From the NCBI GenBank assembly GCA_038227875.1, contig JBBRPR010000114.1, positions 1 to 12,412 on the forward strand: a stretch of 12,412 nucleotides of DNA, in the 5' to 3' direction. The position numbers and the translations under genes are program-made. How positions within the stretch are numbered: the first letter of the stretch is position 1; the number at the start of each line of letters is the position of its first letter. Source of the stretch: Planctomycetota bacterium (lineage in GTDB: Bacteria; Planctomycetota; SZUA-567; H5-PLA8). A model generated the notes under the pieces. The model saw only the letters and a program-made list of their open reading frames with translations. It ran no database searches and was not told the origin of the DNA. This document shows, one piece after another, positions 8,401 through 12,412 of this stretch.

Positions 8401-10151
8401 TGACCGTTGATACGCTGACCGGCGTGATCTCTGGTACGCCCTCTGTGGCTGGCTCGTACGTCGGAACGATGAGCGCCACGAACAATGTTGGAACTTCAAC
8501 GGTACCGTTGACCTTTAATGTGACGCCTCAGCCTCCGATCATTGTCGGTTCGCTGACGGCGAGTGGGTCAGCCAACGCGCCGTTCACCTACAACATCAAT
8601 GCATTGAACAATCCCAACAACTTCACTGCCGCGCCTTTGCCGGCGGGGTTGAGCCTGAATACGTCCACCGGCGCAATTACGGGAACGCCCACCACGCCGG
8701 GCATCACCAGTGTGGTGCTATCCGCAACGAATAGTGGTGGCACTTCCGCGGTGACTCCGACGCTCGTCATAACGATCGACAACAAGCCCGTGATCAACAG
8801 TGCCGCAACTGCAACGGGTACTGTGAACGTACCATTCACCTATACGATTACGGCGTTTAACACGCCGACATCCTTCACTGCAGTTGGATTGCCGCCGGGA
8901 TTAAGCCTGGCGGGTGCCGTCATTTCAGGTTCGCCCACAGTGGCCGGTGTCTACTCGGTTACACTGGGCGCGATCAACGCCTCCGGTACGGGACAGGCAA
9001 ATTTGACCATTACGGTTTCGCCCGGCCCGCCGGTGATCACCAGTTCGCCCAATGCGGTTTTCTCGGTCAATGCTCCCATCGTGTACACGATCACGGGCAC
9101 TAATACGCCGACGTCGTTCACGGCCACCGGACTGCCTGCTGGACTTACCGTGGATACCACGACCGGGATTATTTCCGGAAGTGTCTCCGCGATCGGAACG
9201 TACACGGCCATGATCGGAGCCTCCAACTCCGGAGGAAGCAGTCCGTTGGTCACGCTGACGATTCAAATCGTGGCGGCGCCGCCGATCATCACGAGCAGCT
9301 TGTCTGCGGTGGGTTCGATCAACAGCGGATTTACTTATAACATTGTCGCATCCGGTTCCGCACCCTTGACCTTCACGGCTGCGCCATTGCCACCCGGACT
9401 GACCTTGACGGGTAATGTCATCAGCGGCGTACCCACGCAGGAGGGTACGTATTCCGTTCTGTTGACCGCCTCAAACGCGCTGGGTGTCGATACCAAAACG
9501 CTGCTGATCAGCATTTCCAATGTCATCACCGCCATCAAAGAAGTGGATTTCGATGGCGATGGCTTCCCGGATGAACTGGAGATCGGTGTTGGCACCGATC
9601 CCAAGAATCAAAGCAGCACTCCTTTCGGCGGCGCGCCGGCCGGAAGCAAGCACACGCTGAATATCACCTCGATGCAAATCAAGCTCGACTTCTCGTCGGT
9701 CACCTCAACAAAGGACACGATCTCCATCAAGGGTACGCTGCCGGTTCCCTCCTCGTTTAAGGGCGATGTGAAAAACATCGTGGTCTTCGTGGGCGGAGTG
9801 GTCCGTCAGTTTGGGACAGCGGGTGCCGTGAGCGCACCGGGCCCGAAGGATTCGTTTAAGCTAAAGGTGTCGAATAAACTCGACGCTTCATTGTCCCCGT
9901 TCGCCAAGACGCCGAAGCCAGTGTCCTTGCTGGCCCTTGCGGCGAACTTCCAGTTGAAGATCAGCGGCGCCAGTTTCAAGCAGGCGTTTTTTGATGAGGG
10001 TTTGATTGGAAACACGCAGATCAAAGCACCCTCGGCGCGGACCGTTGATGTGATCATTCTGTTCCAGGACATCAAGGGCTTCTACCAGAGCGCCAAGGTA
10101 CTGCAGTACACGGTTAAGAAGTCGACGGGATTGGCGAGAAACGGCAAGTAA
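5445..10151 (+). CDS. Large secreted/surface protein: signal-anchor, conserved pre-propeller domain (DUF7948-like), 7 SBBP beta-propeller blades, 6 He_PIG-type Ig repeats, DxDGDG Ca-binding loop, unknown C-terminal domain
   Basis: SD AAGGAG at 5431-5436 and an N-terminal hydrophobic helix. A domain running LPMTFELNAGQ...NYFKG...IYPGVD...LEYDYVV...LVIDP spans about 5655-6323. It is followed by the propeller blades, the Ig repeats and DFDGDGFPDELE (9546-9581). Confidence 0.92.
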   Translation: MRKHGLKAIALTILLAVAFYFIRGQRPQQPNTPRVADLTPVAAAKPVQSVAFDSRPSPEQRKAAQDAAYHLPMTFELNAGQSIPQIAYQARGHGYALFLGEGAAFLMLKNHSNIEGKSENMLNHGFEFSDMRKHEGTSTFLKFKFCNANLNAQIHGIDETIAKSNYFKGPESKWVSNVPNYAKVCYDDIYPGVDMVYYGCQTGLEYDYVVKPGADASAIAMEIDNAKKLELTPAGDLLIKVDGGEVRKCKPVVYQEFGGRRHEVEGSYVLQSPNRIGFKLGAYDPSKTLVIDPSIVWSSYLGDDPTGQAFNNFGLDIGNGVAVDSAGNTYVCGVTDSYDFPQVASVAYKTLNDFVTPSNSGSLTDSFICCFSPNGSQLLFSSWFGGNASDGAMAVSVDAAGAIYFTGYAADGVFPAKNPRFVYSGVTGKTDAFVVKLAPMSASVVYSTFIGGNNDDVGLGIASDSQGNAYVVGMTLSPDFPTKAALISAATSGTAGFLAKFSPDGSNCVFSTYINGTNGAGAVTRCNSVALDPFGNVYVGGSTNGLNPLLIKNAFQSNFKGTAGNTNGFVLKTDGTGAVAIFGSYLGDSGPDGINGIGADGLSRVFVTGFTRSTQFPLFGANQGALAGVQNAFFTIFANTGQTLAYSTFLGGSASDFAEGISVDPDGYAYIIGTTTSTDFPVNLAQQPPIQSSNAGLSDVFIAKYNPTGGEIFATYLGSDNNDKGHGIASGVKGSSFEGDTYITGEVGGRNGTFGTLGSFRNVPGATNPSFFQRISVQGTATAATSTIAGITPNTTGLGVGWFLTASGGGFLAGDSIATITPPFSLTMSASSSLTGQSSYTFQNPVATLAPDVFATHIGDLSPRITSPNTIIAAVGKAIPQYTITATNSPTSFGTAGLSLAGLGQPNGPTKIDGTPFTPGVFQVLLTATNAAGTGTLYLTVVVNGSAPSINSSSVVTVAQGVGFSYNITALNNPTSFNATNLPPGMTVDTLTGVISGTPSVAGSYVGTMSATNNVGTSTVPLTFNVTPQPPIIVGSLTASGSANAPFTYNINALNNPNNFTAAPLPAGLSLNTSTGAITGTPTTPGITSVVLSATNSGGTSAVTPTLVITIDNKPVINSAATATGTVNVPFTYTITAFNTPTSFTAVGLPPGLSLAGAVISGSPTVAGVYSVTLGAINASGTGQANLTITVSPGPPVITSSPNAVFSVNAPIVYTITGTNTPTSFTATGLPAGLTVDTTTGIISGSVSAIGTYTAMIGASNSGGSSPLVTLTIQIVAAPPIITSSLSAVGSINSGFTYNIVASGSAPLTFTAAPLPPGLTLTGNVISGVPTQEGTYSVLLTASNALGVDTKTLLISISNVITAIKEVDFDGDGFPDELEIGVGTDPKNQSSTPFGGAPAGSKHTLNITSMQIKLDFSSVTSTKDTISIKGTLPVPSSFKGDVKNIVVFVGGVVRQFGTAGAVSAPGPKDSFKLKVSNKLDASLSPFAKTPKPVSLLALAANFQLKISGASFKQAFFDEGLIGNTQIKAPSARTVDVIILFQDIKGFYQSAKVLQYTVKKSTGLARNGK
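6333..8024 (+). repeat. Seven SBBP beta-propeller repeats (protein level)
   Basis: Seven units begin WSSYLG, FSSWFGG, YSTFIGG, FSTYING, FGSYLGD, YSTFLGG and FATYLGS. Most carry D.xGN.YV.G.T.S.DFP-like and D.F..K-like motifs. Confidence 0.85.
8031..9518 (+). repeat. Six tandem putative-Ig (He_PIG-like) domains of about 83 aa
   Basis: Repeated pattern P.I.S...F.Y.I.A.N.PTSF.A.GLP.GL...TG.ISG.P...G.Y...L.A.N..G. Confidence 0.88.
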
Positions 10152-10168
10152 GCCAGACGACTAGCATC

Positions 10169-10207
10169 AAAGAAACGGGCCGGCAAATGCCGGCCCGTTT
10201 TTTATTT
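10169..10207. terminator. Intrinsic terminator, probably bidirectional
   Basis: AAACGGGCCGGC-AAAT-GCCGGCCCGTTT is followed by TTTATTT and preceded by an A-rich run. It lies between convergent genes. Confidence 0.9.
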
Positions 10208-10220
10208 GTGCCGGGTAGAT

Positions 10221-11315
10221 TTACTTCGGAACGACGGCCCAGGCGTCGGACGACACGGCCACGGCCACCGCCACACCATCCGCCAGCGGTGCTGCGCCCA
10301 CTTCCTGCTGGAGCACACGCCAGCGCAGGGCGCCAGGCAATTCCAGTTCGTACAAGGTATGTTCGCCAAGGAACGCGCCACTGAGCACGCGGGCTTGGAC
10401 GTTGAGCCACGCGTAGTCAGCCGTCAGTCCTGGCTTCGGAGCTTCCGCCGGTGAAATGCGCGCGGTTTCGGGGCGACAGAAGGCGAGCGCTTCGGCGCCG
10501 GGTTTGAGCTGTTCGGGGAGCGTTGTCTGATGGAGCGGCAACGCGCCCAGCGCCGTCGCGACGGAACGTCCGTCGGCCGCGATGGTACCCGGGACGGCGT
10601 TGACGTCGCCCAGAAAATCGGCGCTGAACTTCGTCGGCGGGAAACGGTAAAGCTGGCGGGGCGGCCCCAGCGCATCGATTTTACCGGCGCGCAGGATTGC
10701 CATGCGGTCGGCCAGCGAGAGCGCTTCCTTCTGGTCGTGGGTCACGTACAGCGTCGTGATTTTCGTGGCTTTATGGATGCGCCGGATCTCTTCGCGCATC
10801 TCCCAGCGCAGTCGCGCGTCGAGATTCGAGAGCGGTTCATCGAGCAGCAGCACCCGCGGCCGGATCACCAGTGCCCGCGCCAGCGCCACGCGTTGCTGCT
10901 GGCCGCCGGAAAGTTCTCCGGGCCGCCGTGCGCCATATCCAGCGAGGCCTACCATCTTCAGCGCTTCATCAACGCGCGTTTTCTGTTCGGACGGCGACAC
11001 GTTGCGCGCTTCCAGACCGAACGCCACATTGCCGTCCACGGTCAGATGTGGAAAGAGTGCGTAGTTCTGAAAGACCATCCCGAAGTCGCGGCGGTGCGGC
11101 GGGACACCCTTGAGCGACTGGCCATCAATGCGGATGTCGCCTTCGAAGTCCTCAATGAATCCCGCGACCGAACGCAGCAGCGTGGATTTTCCGCAGCCGG
11201 AAGGCCCCAGCAGGAAGAACATTTCGCCGGGCTCCAGGGTGATGCTGACGCCGCCCAGAGCGGGCGTAGCGCCGCCGCCGTAAGTAACGCGGAGATTATC
11301 GATCTGGAGGCTCAT
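10221..11315 (-). CDS. ABC importer ATP-binding subunit, PotA/FbpC family, with C-terminal TOBE domain
   Basis: Walker A GPSGCGKST, Q-loop VFQNYALFPHLTV, signature LSGGQQQR, Walker B LLLDEP and H-loop YVTHDQ. The C-terminal RPE and FLGE..Y motifs are typical of TOBE domains. The substrate cannot be determined. Confidence 0.95.
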   Translation of the reverse strand: MSLQIDNLRVTYGGGATPALGGVSITLEPGEMFFLLGPSGCGKSTLLRSVAGFIEDFEGDIRIDGQSLKGVPPHRRDFGMVFQNYALFPHLTVDGNVAFGLEARNVSPSEQKTRVDEALKMVGLAGYGARRPGELSGGQQQRVALARALVIRPRVLLLDEPLSNLDARLRWEMREEIRRIHKATKITTLYVTHDQKEALSLADRMAILRAGKIDALGPPRQLYRFPPTKFSADFLGDVNAVPGTIAADGRSVATALGALPLHQTTLPEQLKPGAEALAFCRPETARISPAEAPKPGLTADYAWLNVQARVLSGAFLGEHTLYELELPGALRWRVLQQEVGAAPLADGVAVAVAVSSDAWAVVPK

Positions 11316-11347
11316 GAGTGTGGGAGTTTAGAATTGGAAGAAGGGAA

Positions 11348-11365
11348 TGCGAATGCTTATTCGCA
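11348..11365. promoter_or_regulatory. 7-4-7 dyad, candidate operator
   Basis: TGCGAAT-GCTT-ATTCGCA lies 33-50 bp upstream of the ABC ATPase start codon. Confidence 0.4.
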
Positions 11366-11388
11366 GTGTATGGATCGCTTGGTTTTTG

Positions 11389-11410
11389 GTGGTTGCAAAT
11401 TTGCAACCAC
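11389..11410. repeat. Perfect 22-bp spacerless palindrome in the divergent intergenic region
   Basis: GTGGTTGCAAA|TTTGCAACCAC. Confidence 0.85.
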
Positions 11411-11554
11411 GAAATGGAGCACAATGTGCACGTCTGGGTTTGCAAAACCTTCAAAAATAGTGCTCGAAAAATCCGCGCAAACGCCTCGTTGCACTTGCCG
11501 TCAGTTCGTTTCCCATAATACTACCAAGCGTTCAATGCAAAAATGGGAGGGGTA

Positions 11555-11788
11555 ATGTTCAAGGTTTTCGTGTCATTCATCGTCGTGTTGGGATTAAGTG
11601 GTTGTTCGTGTTGCAGCTGCCAGTCGGGGGTCGAGCCGGAACGCCTCAACGAACGGCACAGCGCCGCCGATCAGGCCAGTTCCCGCACGCCCGAAGGTGT
11701 CCAATTGGGTAACACATTGGATAAGGGTCCGGAAAAGGTCGATATTCCAATCCTGAATAAGATTTTGAAAGACGACGACTCCAAGTAG
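11555..11788 (+). CDS. Small putative lipoprotein (77 aa)
   Basis: GGGAGG lies just before ATG 11555. MFKVFVSFIVVLGLSG-C gives a basic residue, a hydrophobic core and lipobox LSGC. A strong hairpin follows the stop codon. Confidence 0.7.
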   Translation: MFKVFVSFIVVLGLSGCSCCSCQSGVEPERLNERHSAADQASSRTPEGVQLGNTLDKGPEKVDIPILNKILKDDDSK

Positions 11789-11797
11789 TTTGTGTTC

Positions 11798-11829
11798 GAA
11801 ATCCGTGCTGGTTCGCCAGCACGGATTTC
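11798..11829 (+). terminator. 14-bp perfect hairpin with TTCG loop (terminator, mRNA stabiliser or REP-like element)
   Basis: GAAATCCGTGCTGG-TTCG-CCAGCACGGATTTC begins about 10 nt after the lipoprotein stop. There is no separate U-tract. Confidence 0.55.
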
Positions 11830-12017
11830 ACACCTCCCGCCATTTATCAACGAACTCCTTAAAGCAGGCTCACGTTATTCCACTATCCACTCGCTGTGGA
11901 GCGTGCTGACTTGTAGCGCGAGATATTTAAGTCCTGTTTCTGAACATAAGAAATCCAGTTTCACTATACATATGGCATGGAGTCCATCTGTCCACTATGG
12001 GATCGCGGAGCACGCCG

Positions 12018-12272
12018 ATGAAAATAAAAACGCTGAGCTGCATTTGCCTGGTGCTGTGCTTTGCCACGCTGCGCGCCGAGGTCTGCAACGTCAAGGTGGT
12101 TACGGACGCCAATCCAGACTATACCGACTTGCCCAGCTTCGTGCGGAGCGTCACTAAGAACTGGTCCTCAAATCAGGACAAGTGCTGGGCCATGTTTTAT
12201 TGGAATCACATTTCGCGCCGGCAGACGGAGCCCATGTTCGTTCACGGCTTGGAACTCACAGACACAATTCGG
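12018..12272 (+). pseudogene. 5' part of a secreted-protein gene, probably interrupted by an IS
   Basis: GGAG at 12007-12010 and ATG at 12018. The translation is MKIKTLSCICLVLCFATLRA|EVCNVKVVTDANPDYTDLPSFVRSVTKNWSSNQDKCWAMFYWNHISRRQTEPMFVHGLELTDTIR, a signal peptide plus a protein-like mature region, after which IS-like sequence begins. It is missing from the ORF track because the frame has no stop before the edge. Confidence 0.7.
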
Positions 12273-12412
12273 GGGTATTGTCAAATCTTGTGGATTGGGC
12301 GGGAGGAAAAGTGCGGCGTATCCTTGGTGATCTGTCAAAGGAACACCAAAGCCCCCACAGCGGGGCAGAAAGGATACGCCACATGGGAGAGGTTACGGCA
12401 GCGGAGTTTTGG
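12273..12412 (+). mobile_element. Left end of a probable IS256-family insertion sequence
   Basis: GGGTATTGTCAAATCTTGTG resembles IS256-family IRs (GG/GA...TGTC....TGTG). A structured leader and AAAGGA-N8-ATG follow. The boundary is uncertain by 1-2 nt because of the G run. Confidence 0.55.
12383..12412 (+). CDS. First 10 codons of a putative transposase (MGEVTAAEFW...)
   Basis: ATG at 12383 follows an AAGGA RBS, about 110 bp inside the putative IS end. The frame is open to the window edge. Confidence 0.45.
   Translation, partial: MGEVTAAEFW

Noticed and set aside
8031..9518. Ig repeats as a DGR template/variable repeat pair or a recent duplication
   Set aside because: The repeats are highly diverged at the DNA level, there is no adenine-specific pattern, and no reverse transcriptase is present.
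11489..11519. Sigma-70 promoter TTGCAC or TTGCCG with CATAAT for the lipoprotein
   Set aside because: The spacers are 19 or 13 nt, so the pairing is not convincing.
10530..11555. 341-aa plus-strand ORF
   Set aside because: It is an antisense shadow of the ABC ATPase, which is common in GC-rich DNA, and has no recognisable motifs.
11792..12330. ORFs 11792-12157, 11927-12112 and 12061-12330
   Set aside because: They lack RBS and protein-like features. The 12018 frame, with an SD and a signal peptide, explains the region better.
1..12412. Composite transposon or a single coherent novel operon or defence system
   Set aside because: The flanking IS ends belong to different families, gene orientations alternate, and no shared pathway is evident.

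Overview
This is GC-rich bacterial DNA. The gene families look most like Planctomycetota/PVC, which is an inference. Both ends appear to be insertion-sequence ends that the ORF track misses. Positions 1-140 look like the last 35 codons and right end of an IS630-family transposase. From about 12273 to the end is a probable IS256-family left end, which interrupts a secreted-protein gene starting at 12018. The window may therefore be a contig broken at two IS copies. Between them lie six genes: (1) a membrane Hanks-type Ser/Thr kinase with a Zn-ribbon and TPRs; (2) a MocA/MobA-fold protein whose catalytic motifs have all degenerated; (3) a membrane-anchored hypothetical protein with Pro/Val beta-repeats; (4) a 1568-aa surface protein with a 7-bladed SBBP propeller, 6 Ig repeats, a Ca-binding loop and an unassigned C-terminal domain; (5) an orphan PotA/FbpC-type ABC ATPase; (6) a small Cys-rich lipoprotein. 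The intergenic regions are rich in dyads. I see no CRISPR array, RNA gene or clearly coherent novel multi-gene system. The best novelty candidates are the MocA-like pseudoenzyme, the surface protein's C-terminal domain (a possible sorting or anchoring module), and the structured IS leader that hides the putative transposase RBS. All family assignments come from reading motifs by eye; no searches were run.
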